A stretch of DNA of 64,000 nt from a virus (lineage: Duplodnaviria; Caudoviricetes): the IMG/VR virus record IMGVR_UViG_3300020388_000009. One strand, written 5' to 3'. Made by a program: the position numbers and the translations under genes. This document shows, in pieces, positions 1 to 8,257 of this stretch. The notes beneath the pieces were generated by a model, which saw only the letters and a program-made list of their open reading frames with translations, did not search any database and was not told the DNA's origin. Numbering within the stretch: position 1 is the first letter of the stretch; each line of letters begins with the position of its first letter.

Positions 1-707
1 CCTCTGTTTATCATGGATAGATCTTTTGCGTCGGGTACTTGTCTTTTCTTTCTATCTAAACCTACGCCTGCGAAGCCATGAGTTGCTTCTGCAAATTCAA
101 TATCTTTAATATCAATATAATCTTCAGACCCATCTTTATCCATTACTGATAAATCATCTTTAAAGTCTTGGAATGCTGATGTTGCTTGATAGTATTGCCC
201 ATTGGCAAAAAACATTGTATCTTCATCACGAGTAATCATTTTCTTTAATTCATCTCCAGTGAACGGCCCAGATAGTCTAGTATCATTACTAGCTTCGTTA
301 ACTGATTCTACATGAATAGTTACTCCTCCACCCATATTAGGTTTAGCAACATATCCTGCTTTTTTAGCTCTTTTGATAATAGCTTCCTTTTCTCTATCCT
401 TCATCGGACCAGATACAATTGCTTTTCCTTTTCTACCATCACCAACATATTTGTATCTAGTGTGTCCTACAACTCTATCTACTTTACCTTCGTTTACTGA
501 TTCTTTTAAAGATTTACCTAACACCGACATGAACCGACTAACTAAATGGTCGCCATATTCTTCTTTAAAGAACGTTGCAATATCGCGAGCAAACTTATCA
601 TAAGCGTAATTGTCCGGAACACTTTTATATAGCGCCGGAACAATACTTTCATTCATCACATTATGAATCTCTTCGCGTATGATCTGATGTAGTCTAAATT
701 TCTTCAT
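1..707 (-). CDS. Partial putative internal head/virion protein (runs off window start)
   Basis: Not in ORF track. ATG at 707 gives MKKFRLHQIIREEIHNVMNES..., open to position 1, with repeated ESVNE motifs. N-terminus resembles that of the 709-1698 protein. Confidence 0.65.
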   Translation of the reverse strand, partial: MKKFRLHQIIREEIHNVMNESIVPALYKSVPDNYAYDKFARDIATFFKEEYGDHLVSRFMSVLGKSLKESVNEGKVDRVVGHTRYKYVGDGRKGKAIVSGPMKDREKEAIIKRAKKAGYVAKPNMGGGVTIHVESVNEASNDTRLSGPFTGDELKKMITRDEDTMFFANGQYYQATSAFQDFKDDLSVMDKDGSEDYIDIKDIEFAEATHGFAGVGLDRKKRQVPDAKDLSMINR

Positions 708-708
708 A

Positions 709-1698
709 TTAGTATCTTTTTATCTTACCAGTTTTAAATCCTTTAAGGTAACGTTTAAGTTCCATTGCATATTCTTTTTTCTTAGCACTGTAATATTGAC
801 CACTATAGCTATCTGCTTTTGCAGCCCCATCTTCATCATTCTCATACTGGATATAACGTCTATAATCTTCTAATGCATTGCTCATTGATTGAGTAACATC
901 TTTAAGCATAACTTCTTGGCCGCTTACGGTTGTCATGATATCACCATATCGGTCTTGCTTCAATGCACCACTAACTGCATCTGTTACAGCTTGGTTTGCA
1001 ATTTTAACTATATCTGCTACCATACGGTCTACTTGGTCTCTACCACCAACACGAGATCGTAAAATATCTTCGTAACGACTCAAATTAGCTTTCTTCCAAG
1101 CTTTATGATCTGTAAATTTATCTTTACCTAATTTCAATTGCGCTCTAGCAGATTTCAATGCAGTGGTTCCACCTCTATAAGATTCCAAATCAAACACATA
1201 TACCATATCGGCTATGTCTTTAAGTTTATTAACTTGCATGGTACCTCTAATAGCTTTACCTACCGGTTCACTTCGGCGACTCTTACCACCAACTGTAGCA
1301 TCGTCACCTCTACCGCTTTGATATGTTATTTTATTGTTGATAGTAGCTGCTAATACAGCTGGACCATAAATTTTGGCATCACGTGAATAACCATATCGAT
1401 CTGTACCAGCAAATGGATTCTCTACATCACCTTTAATATAATAAATAGCTAATCCTTTTTTAGCTAAAGGAGAACCCGGAGTTACTTTTTGAAATGCTCC
1501 TTTAGGTACTTTATCCCAAGCAATATCAAATGATTTGGACATGGCATTAAAGAAGTTAAACCAGCTATTACCTAAGCTTCGGTCTTTAGCTAACATTCGT
1601 GCGATTGGGTCTTGGAATGCTTCAGTTATAAGTGTTTCTTCGCGAAGGATGTTTACAAACTCTTCACGGATGATTTTATGTATATCAGATTTCTTCAT
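709..1698 (-). CDS. Putative internal head protein, 329 aa
   Basis: N-terminal MKKSDIHKIIREE...ILREETLITEA with (I/L)xE motifs; ATATTTAT motif upstream at 1724-1731. Confidence 0.55.
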   Translation of the reverse strand: MKKSDIHKIIREEFVNILREETLITEAFQDPIARMLAKDRSLGNSWFNFFNAMSKSFDIAWDKVPKGAFQKVTPGSPLAKKGLAIYYIKGDVENPFAGTDRYGYSRDAKIYGPAVLAATINNKITYQSGRGDDATVGGKSRRSEPVGKAIRGTMQVNKLKDIADMVYVFDLESYRGGTTALKSARAQLKLGKDKFTDHKAWKKANLSRYEDILRSRVGGRDQVDRMVADIVKIANQAVTDAVSGALKQDRYGDIMTTVSGQEVMLKDVTQSMSNALEDYRRYIQYENDEDGAAKADSYSGQYYSAKKKEYAMELKRYLKGFKTGKIKRY

Positions 1699-1820
1699 TG
1701 GAGAACCTTTTTAATTCTTTTAAATAAATATGCAGTGAGCGGAGTTAAAAGGTGGGTATAAGGTGATAGAGTGCGGCCTAAAAAAAAGTTGAGTGTGGCT
1801 TAAAAAAAGCTTCAAAAAGA

Positions 1821-1852
1821 TTAGGACGTTTGCGAATTATTCCTTATCTTTA
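1821..1852 (+). promoter_or_regulatory. Bacteroidota-type early promoter
   Basis: TTAG-N20-TATCTTTA, preceded by AAAAAAAGCTTCAAAAAGA; lies upstream of the only + strand gene cluster. Confidence 0.7.
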
Positions 1853-1878
1853 ATTATATTAATTAATTAGAGATAGAG

Positions 1879-2070
1879 ATGCTTAAAGAAGATTTAAAAA
1901 TAAACCAGTTAGTAAAATTGAAGCCAGAACACCGTACACCAAGATGTGAGAAAGGTGGAGAATGGGAAGTATACCGAGTGGTTAAGATTCATAGAATGAA
2001 TGTGATAGCCGTTAACTTAGGTACATGTATAGATAACAAATTACGAATTGCAAATTTAATACCAGCATAA
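1879..2070 (+). CDS. Small hypothetical protein (SH3-like)
   Basis: 63 aa ORF directly after the promoter; LKINQLVKLK...YRVVKI pattern. Confidence 0.6.
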   Translation: MLKEDLKINQLVKLKPEHRTPRCEKGGEWEVYRVVKIHRMNVIAVNLGTCIDNKLRIANLIPA

Positions 2071-2071
2071 T

Positions 2072-2167
2072 ATGAAACCAGTAAGAGAATTTGTTTGTGC
2101 AATGACGGGAGTTGTATGCCAGATAGTGTTAGTTAACGGAGTAGAAACTTGTATAGAAAAACAATAA
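2072..2167 (+). CDS. 31 aa Cys-containing peptide
   Basis: MKPVREFVCAMTGVVCQIVLVNGVETCIEKQ; fills the gap exactly between two + strand ORFs. Confidence 0.5.
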   Translation: MKPVREFVCAMTGVVCQIVLVNGVETCIEKQ

Positions 2168-2171
2168 AGAT

Positions 2172-2411
2172 ATGGAACATTTATTTGGAGACCCGGTAGG
2201 GGAAATAGAATCGATTATCGATAATATGAAGAACATAGTATACATTGAAGGAGTAGGTCGATGCCGCGTTATAACAGTTAACCGTACGAATGAGAACGGT
2301 GTAAATGAGCCTTATGATGTATATGAACCTATTGAAGAGAAGAGCGTTACTTGGGATGGGAAGCAGAAAGGTAACAATGCAATCAGTGTTACTTATACAG
2401 GGAGAATCTAA
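2172..2411 (+). CDS. Hypothetical protein
   Basis: 79 aa ORF, co-oriented with and tightly spaced to its neighbours. Confidence 0.6.
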   Translation: MEHLFGDPVGEIESIIDNMKNIVYIEGVGRCRVITVNRTNENGVNEPYDVYEPIEEKSVTWDGKQKGNNAISVTYTGRI

Positions 2412-2758
2412 AAGGTAAAGGTTATGGTAATAGCTCCTAAGCCAGAGCCTATTGCATCAGCCGCTATATCACCCCATTGCGGAGAGCCATGTTCTATATC
2501 ATATATCTCTTTGGATATACCCGCTACCATACCAACCCCGAAACCTACTAGGATGGCTTTACGCTTATCTGCTGTCCTATTATACACATAAGAAGTGGTT
2601 ACGGATGAGATCATGAAGCAGCCTGCCATATGCAGTTGTTTATCTGTAGATGCTAGGAATACTTTAAAGGAATTAGGATTAGGTGGATTTGGATTAGACA
2701 ATACGTTCTGCGCGGCAATATTCGAACTCCATAATATGCATACGAGCAACCAACGCAC
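2408..2758 (-). CDS. Membrane/exported protein, YfiM/VanZ-like
   Basis: Signal peptide ending NIAA-Q; DKQLH...KEIYD...DIAADAIG pattern; hydrophobic segments. Confidence 0.55.
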   Translation of the reverse strand: MRWLLVCILWSSNIAAQNVLSNPNPPNPNSFKVFLASTDKQLHMAGCFMISSVTTSYVYNRTADKRKAILVGFGVGMVAGISKEIYDIEHGSPQWGDIAADAIGSGLGAITITFTF

Positions 2759-2920
2759 AATTCTCCCCCTTTATTATATATATACAGATCACTTGCAGTG
2801 CTTACAGCAATCTCCCATGTTTGTTGAGCATTTCGTTGTGGCGGGCTAGCATGGACTTCAGTCCATTCCTTCAAACCAGGGGGCTATAGCAAAAAATCTT
2901 TGTTCACGATAAAAATATGG

Positions 2921-3145
2921 TAACCACCCCCTAAAAACCCCATATATACCGGTATGTTAAGGAAAACCGGTATATCCCCCTATATATGGTGGTTTTGGGG
3001 TGCTTTTGGTGGTTTAGGGGGGTTATAGGGCATCTTGGCTGCGGTATGCGGCTATATGGGTGGTTATGGTTATATATGGTTCGGTCTGGATGCTTATGGT
3101 TATATATAGTACTGCTCTTTATATAAGGTTCGCTCTCTATATATA
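2921..3145. repeat. Imperfect inverted repeat plus direct repeats in non-coding DNA
   Basis: ATATACCGG (2944-2952) pairs with CCGGTATAT (2967-2975). TAACCACCCCCTAAA (2921-2935) approximately pairs with TTTAGGGGGGTTA (3013-3025). TTATGGTTATATAT occurs at 3064 and 3094. Confidence 0.75.
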
Positions 3146-3211
3146 TGCTCCCAACCATCTGCATCTTCTACTTAGCGCTTCCGTACACATTGTTTGATTG
3201 AATAGTGCGAA

Positions 3212-3233
3212 AGGATAGGAACCACCCTATCCT
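3212..3233 (-). terminator. Hairpin, possible terminator
   Basis: Perfect 8-bp stem AGGATAGG-N6-CCTATCCT; U tract is weak. Confidence 0.4.
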
Positions 3234-3469
3234 CTCAGAGATATGAATACCGGATTAAGCAGCCGGCTCTGCGTATGTAAAGCTATATGATACGTCTATC
3301 ATTCGGTTGTCCGTCCATTCTTCGCGGTTCTTGCAAGTCCGGAGCACTACTTAACCTGGCTTCTTTCTTCCGATCATCCAGGCGAGGGTTCGGCTACAAC
3401 CTTTTAGCTTATTTCTTAATTGGGTTAATCACATTGTTACCCCACCAAATCTTTTTCATAGTCTTTATA

Positions 3470-3856
3470 TTATGCTGATACCATATCAGATGTAGTACGC
3501 TTCTTTGAATCAAACCATTCTTTGAACATGGCTGGATGAATGTTATTCTCTCTAGCCTGGATCTGCCAATAATAGCTAGCATTCATATATGCGGTTCTCT
3601 GCTTAAAGAAAGCGGCAAATACACTAACATCATAATAGCGATCCATCTTCTCCGACTTATACATTCCAACACCTTTTGGTTTACCGGCATAGTTTATATA
3701 AGAATAATATTCACCTATCATATACCATCTATTAGTATCTTCACACCATTCACAATATACCTTAACCTTACCAGGTACCATGAAATCTACTACGGCTTGC
3801 GCTTCTCTTACGGCTTTCTCTCTGGTCGCTTCAAACAAATAATTCTCTTTGGTCAT
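3470..3856 (-). CDS. Early hypothetical protein
   Basis: 128 aa ORF immediately downstream of the promoter at 3886-3917. Confidence 0.7.
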   Translation of the reverse strand: MTKENYLFEATREKAVREAQAVVDFMVPGKVKVYCEWCEDTNRWYMIGEYYSYINYAGKPKGVGMYKSEKMDRYYDVSVFAAFFKQRTAYMNASYYWQIQARENNIHPAMFKEWFDSKKRTTSDMVSA

Positions 3857-3885
3857 ATCTCTAACTTCTAATAATTAATAATACT

Positions 3886-3917
3886 TAAATATAAGAAGAA
3901 TATTTCAATCTACCAAA
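3886..3917 (-). promoter_or_regulatory. Bacteroidota-type early promoter
   Basis: TTTG-N20-TATATTTA on the minus strand with an A-tract upstream element. Confidence 0.75.
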
Positions 3918-4215
3918 GCTTTTTACAGCTTTTTTACAACTTTTTTCCGGGAAAGGTTATATAGAAAATACTTTGCCTTTCGGGATATATTTATATACAC
4001 TCCCAACCTATCCTCCTATATACTAGCTCTGCATCGATCCGCTAACAAACCCTATGCGTTATCCTGGATCTATATTATAGGACGAAAGGCATATGCGGTT
4101 CGTATACAAGGGTGGTATAGGATGAATGCTCTATTAATAGGATACTATGTACTAGGTGCAAATGGTCTCTTTGTTCGGTTTATTAGGGTGATTGAGCGTA
4201 GCGATACTCATCGAG

Positions 4216-4491
4216 TTAATCCAGCTTAATAAGTATAGCATCTATCAGATCCTTAATGCTATCCATATCTGCTTTGGTTACTGCATCTATGCGGTATAGC
4301 GAATCCATCTTTCTCTGCTCCAAGGGTGTAGGTGTCCATTCATATGCGTACTCGTGCATAGCGGTTGGTGGTATAGCCTCTTCTGGTATACTGCTCTTTC
4401 CTATAGCTATGCTTATGGTTAGGCTTACCACCATAGCTATCAATGCTATCATAGCTATTCGAGCTGATGTTTCATATTGTTGCTTTCTCAT
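4216..4491 (-). CDS. Single-pass membrane protein
   Basis: N-terminal hydrophobic helix IAMIALIAMVVSLTISIAIG. Confidence 0.6.
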   Translation of the reverse strand: MRKQQYETSARIAMIALIAMVVSLTISIAIGKSSIPEEAIPPTAMHEYAYEWTPTPLEQRKMDSLYRIDAVTKADMDSIKDLIDAILIKLD

Positions 4492-4511
4492 ATGCTTGCT
4501 TCTCTTATATA

Positions 4512-4904
4512 TTATTGTTCTTCTTTATTCCGTTTACCAATATTCAAATTAGGAAAGCATTTGGCTTGCCATTCTTCATTCAATGGTTCCTCCGTAGGAG
4601 TCGTTAATATGTCTGCTACTTCCGATATCGGTACATACCATTTACCATTCAAGTTAATCTTACGTTCCGATTGCCATAGCGTACGCATTGCAAGTGCCGT
4701 ATCCTCTGGTGGGGTTGCCCACTTCTTCTCATGTTCACTACGGAACGATGGTGGTAGTGGCTGTTCTTCCGGTGCATCCGTTACGCGTGGAGCTACTTCG
4801 TTTCGCAAAAGAAACTGGCTCGCATGCATTTCTTGCATTGTGCGCGCATCTTTATCACTTACTTCTCGCATACTTCTCCATGCTGCTGATTTCTCTTTAC
4901 TCAT
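4512..4904 (-). CDS. Hypothetical protein
   Basis: 130 aa ORF in a tightly packed minus-strand run. Confidence 0.55.
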   Translation of the reverse strand: MSKEKSAAWRSMREVSDKDARTMQEMHASQFLLRNEVAPRVTDAPEEQPLPPSFRSEHEKKWATPPEDTALAMRTLWQSERKINLNGKWYVPISEVADILTTPTEEPLNEEWQAKCFPNLNIGKRNKEEQ

Positions 4905-5076
4905 CTTCGACCTTTTCTAATTGTGTTTCATTAAATATATGTAACAACCCATACTCCGTCATTTCACCTACCACTCGCGTATTGCCGGCAAGTGTTTCAA
5001 ATACTCCTACTATGGTGCATGGAAATGCATAACCTTTCGGTTTAATGGCTTTATCGCCTACTTCGAATTTACTCAT
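4897..5076 (-). CDS. Small SH3-fold protein
   Basis: Probable start MSKFEVGDKAIKPKGYAFPCTIVGVF...GLLHIFNETQL. Confidence 0.6.
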   Translation of the reverse strand: MSKFEVGDKAIKPKGYAFPCTIVGVFETLAGNTRVVGEMTEYGLLHIFNETQLEKVEDE

Positions 5077-5191
5077 CTGTAACCTTTTTTTGTTTATGTT
5101 TGCTTTTGCGTGTATACTTTTTTCTGTTCCGTTCAATGGTAGGACGCGAGGCATCCCATATGTCTTGTTGTTCTATCTTAACTTTCTTCAT
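5069..5191 (-). CDS. 40 aa basic protein with an ArfA-like C-terminal motif
   Basis: Not in ORF track: MKKVKIEQQDIWDASRPTIERNRKKYTRKSKHKQKKVTDE. Confidence 0.55.
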   Translation of the reverse strand: MKKVKIEQQDIWDASRPTIERNRKKYTRKSKHKQKKVTDE

Positions 5192-5237
5192 AATCTCTTC
5201 ATGCGAGCTTTTCGCGAGCTCAAACCGGAGGCCACAC

Positions 5238-5720
5238 TTATAACCGCCTCACTCTCCATAACCGCCTCACGTAACTCAAATGGAACACACTAATCAATAC
5301 GGCCTGGATCGCTTCAAACCAGAACACTCCTCCTGGTATTACTAATAATATGTACCATGTCACTGATATATCTCCTAACCAATCAAACCTTTTATCCGTA
5401 CGCATTAGATACGTAGATGATAAGAAGAATATGATTGCCAATATATTATGCAGCATCCAATAGTCTACACAATCAAATAATGCTACACCTACCAATGCAT
5501 ATGCAGGTACACTCCATTTAATATCTCTATGCAACCACATTGCCCAGGCCATCATTGATGTTGCTAATGTGAAATATATTCCTCCAAACACATAGTAATT
5601 ACTATAGGCAGGAAGTATACCGTATACTAATGGCCATATTAGCACATATGCTATTGGATAAATACATGCTATAAATCTGAGCCTTAATTGGCTTTTGCTT
5701 GCTGTTGTAATTTTTTCCAT
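5238..5720 (-). CDS. Multi-pass membrane protein
   Basis: About 5-6 hydrophobic segments in 160 aa. Confidence 0.65.
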   Translation of the reverse strand: MEKITTASKSQLRLRFIACIYPIAYVLIWPLVYGILPAYSNYYVFGGIYFTLATSMMAWAMWLHRDIKWSVPAYALVGVALFDCVDYWMLHNILAIIFFLSSTYLMRTDKRFDWLGDISVTWYILLVIPGGVFWFEAIQAVLISVFHLSYVRRLWRVRRL

Positions 5721-5721
5721 G

Positions 5722-5997
5722 CTAATCCTCTACTCCATAACCTTCGTCATATGATTTTGGCGTATCACTAGTGTAATAATTATCATCTTGCATTCCGGAG
5801 TAGTTAATAAACCTCATATGGTCTCTTGTAACGTAATGTTCAGGCTGATTATCCCTTAATCGTATGAAGTTATCATATGATATTTGTATTTGCACTACAT
5901 CTAATGCATTAGCTGGTTCTCTTAACCAGTACTGAATAATTTCTCCTCGTTCAAGTAACTCTACATTAGTCTGCGTTACCCATACCATTACTTTCAT
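5722..5997 (-). CDS. Hypothetical protein
   Basis: 91 aa; ATGA overlap with the upstream gene. Confidence 0.6.
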   Translation of the reverse strand: MKVMVWVTQTNVELLERGEIIQYWLREPANALDVVQIQISYDNFIRLRDNQPEHYVTRDHMRFINYSGMQDDNYYTSDTPKSYDEGYGVED

Positions 5998-6215
5998 GAA
6001 AACTTCTCCTTAATTAATTTGCTTATCTTTTTTTCAATAGCATTACTTTGATTACATTTACGCCAATTTTTATATCCATTATCGGCAAATTCAACTGCAA
6101 TCTTTTTTGAATTATTACTGTACATAACTAGATACATTTCACTATCGTATATTACTTCACAACATACATAATGTGTTCTATGATCTTTGTATTCTTTTTT
6201 TTCTGTTATGATCAT
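5994..6215 (-). CDS. Hypothetical protein
   Basis: 73 aa; 4-bp overlaps on both sides. Confidence 0.55.
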   Translation of the reverse strand: MIITEKKEYKDHRTHYVCCEVIYDSEMYLVMYSNNSKKIAVEFADNGYKNWRKCNQSNAIEKKISKLIKEKFS

Positions 6216-6736
6216 TTCTTATCCTCCATATGCAAATACTTTAAGTAACGTTTATTCATATTATCATAGTACTTAGTCTTTGCTAATACTTTATGTGCTG
6301 TATTTAATGCCTCTCTAGTAGCTATATTAATTAAGAAGTAAGGAGCATGACTTCTAGCATTGAATCCGTTTATATCTAATTCATCATTAGGATTGAAACA
6401 AATACATTTCAAATGCGGATATCCATGTTCTTTCATTGTCTTATTAATATAATCTTGATAGCCTACTGTATCAAATTTTGATAATTGGTCATTAGATACC
6501 TGTACAAATAATGCGCTATCATATTCTGATTCATCATAGGCCTTCACCTTGTCTAGTAATGTATCTGCATTAGGATCAAACTTATCAATCATCAACTTAC
6601 CTTTATCTAATTCAGATCCAGCAAATGGACATGCTGGCATGCCTCCATATTCTTCTCTAGGCATTCTTATAAAATCAATGTACTTTAAAACCTTTTCTTT
6701 GAAATTTGTATAAGGGCATTTACTCATACTATTCAA
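6212..6736 (-). CDS. DUF1415-like protein
   Basis: MPACPFA motif, then FNPND and APYFLINI patterns. Confidence 0.45.
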   Translation of the reverse strand: MNSMSKCPYTNFKEKVLKYIDFIRMPREEYGGMPACPFAGSELDKGKLMIDKFDPNADTLLDKVKAYDESEYDSALFVQVSNDQLSKFDTVGYQDYINKTMKEHGYPHLKCICFNPNDELDINGFNARSHAPYFLINIATREALNTAHKVLAKTKYYDNMNKRYLKYLHMEDKK

Positions 6737-7247
6737 TAATAAATTTTAAAGTTTTTACTTCACTAACATGGCCATCTACAAATCTAGCTAGAGCTGAAAC
6801 GGTAACAGTATCGCCTTCCATACTTTGTACTGGAGCAAACATTGTATTAATCTCACCATCCATTGTACTATAACTTGCACCATTCACTGTCGGTACTTCA
6901 GCTCCATTGAACCAGGTAACATAACTAGTATCGTTATTCATATATAAATATCCGTTATCATTCAATGTCCAGTTCTGGTGAACGATATAACCTAATGTAT
7001 CACCTATCAACCAGTAATGAGAACTTGACCATTCAATCTTAGCCAACTCATATTCATTTTCTACTGCAGATACTTGACCTGATATACGATGTAATGTTTG
7101 CCAATCATATCCTAACTCCAAATGATAATAACCATTCTCATCAGCTGGTAGTTGAGCATCTAACTCGAACTCATGTCCTATAGGTATGATCTGCTCCTCA
7201 GAGCATGACGCTAATATGATACAACTTATAAACAACAACTTTTTCAT
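6729..7247 (-). CDS. Lipoprotein
   Basis: MKKLLFISCIILAS-C lipobox followed by an acidic SEEQ segment. Confidence 0.7.
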   Translation of the reverse strand: MKKLLFISCIILASCSEEQIIPIGHEFELDAQLPADENGYYHLELGYDWQTLHRISGQVSAVENEYELAKIEWSSSHYWLIGDTLGYIVHQNWTLNDNGYLYMNNDTSYVTWFNGAEVPTVNGASYSTMDGEINTMFAPVQSMEGDTVTVSALARFVDGHVSEVKTLKFIIE

Positions 7248-7272
7248 AACTTCAAGCTTTAATTAATATACT

Positions 7273-7304
7273 TAAATTTAAGAAAAATATATCAATTTAC
7301 CAAA
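7273..7304 (-). promoter_or_regulatory. Early promoter
   Basis: TTTG-N20-TAAATTTA. Confidence 0.7.
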
Positions 7305-7308
7305 TGAT

Positions 7309-7410
7309 CTACTGGTTATTTTTCTTATGCTCATACCTTATCGCTTCTACCATAACATAGGCTATTACAACCAATGGTACTGCTACTGCAAATATTATTT
7401 CCATATTCAT
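7309..7410 (-). CDS. 33 aa membrane peptide
   Basis: Not in ORF track: MNMEIIFAVAVPLVVIAYVMVEAIRYEHKKNNQ. Confidence 0.5.
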   Translation of the reverse strand: MNMEIIFAVAVPLVVIAYVMVEAIRYEHKKNNQ

Positions 7411-7412
7411 AA

Positions 7413-7622
7413 CTAACTCTTCTTATTATTTTTAGTATATTTAAGATGTAATCCAGATAACTGTGCCGTTTGTTTAGCACCGATCACATCTCCTTTCATT
7501 TTAAAATACTCATCTATACCATCAGCGGTACTGATTAAGTTTTGATAATACTCTTGTCGAAGGACTGCTTCCTTACGACGCTCTTCTCTACGAGCTGGAT
7601 TGTCTGGTTTCCATCTTGCCAT
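7413..7622 (-). CDS. Hypothetical protein
   Basis: 69 aa ORF in operon. Confidence 0.55.
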   Translation of the reverse strand: MARWKPDNPARREERRKEAVLRQEYYQNLISTADGIDEYFKMKGDVIGAKQTAQLSGLHLKYTKNNKKS

Positions 7623-7628
7623 AACTAC

Positions 7629-7895
7629 TTATTTTATATTACTTACTTGAATAAATTCTTTATCAACTTTAGATACTTTATGCTGTCCTGCAATACCTTT
7701 AAGGATTGTATACTTAGTCCGGATCTCTCCTAAACGTTTTGCTACCTCCGTACGGTCTTTGCAGTTATAAGATATCACATTGTGTATCTTTTGCTTTACT
7801 TCTTCAACCCATTTACCGCTAGCGTTCTTAATCTTTCTACCGGTTCTTACCTCTGCACGAGGCACATCTGTTACATGTACTGTAAGTCTATACAT
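7629..7895 (-). CDS. Hypothetical basic protein
   Basis: 88 aa ORF in operon. Confidence 0.55.
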   Translation of the reverse strand: MYRLTVHVTDVPRAEVRTGRKIKNASGKWVEEVKQKIHNVISYNCKDRTEVAKRLGEIRTKYTILKGIAGQHKVSKVDKEFIQVSNIK

Positions 7896-7914
7896 ACTCT
7901 TTATCTTTATTTAA

Positions 7915-8256
7915 TTAACTACTTATTCTGTCTTCTGATTCAAATAACATAACATCGAATATCATATCAAGCCATGGCCTAGGATATCTACAAGTCCCAC
8001 CACCACTATTTCCTTTGGCATGCCAATCCGAATTGTGTCCCGGAGGATGAATATATCTCTTTACTTGTACTCCATGACGCCTAGCTTCATTGTAAACATG
8101 TTTAGATACTTTCATTGTAGCCGGCTTTCCATCCAAGTACTCGTATAAGCTGAGATACTCTACTGTACCGGTCCACCATCCTTTATCACTATACACATCG
8201 TATATCATTTTAGGATTATCTGTATTTACTTTTTTACCTTCCTTAGTTACAAACAT
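7915..8256 (-). CDS. Hypothetical protein
   Basis: 113 aa, directly after the VWA gene. Confidence 0.6.
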   Translation of the reverse strand: MFVTKEGKKVNTDNPKMIYDVYSDKGWWTGTVEYLSLYEYLDGKPATMKVSKHVYNEARRHGVQVKRYIHPPGHNSDWHAKGNSGGGTCRYPRPWLDMIFDVMLFESEDRISS

Positions 8257-8257
8257 A

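Noticed and set aside
2921-3145. CRISPR mini-array
   Set aside because: Repeats are short (14 bp or less), only two copies, with no repeat-spacer periodicity; the Cas4-like nuclease at 46527 is a typical stand-alone phage enzyme.
2931-3164. 77 aa minus-strand ORF
   Set aside because: Low-complexity translation of the repeat region (TIYNH repeats); more likely non-coding.
4040-4095. Hammerhead ribozyme suggested by GGACGAAA
   Set aside because: No CUGANGA core upstream in the right position.
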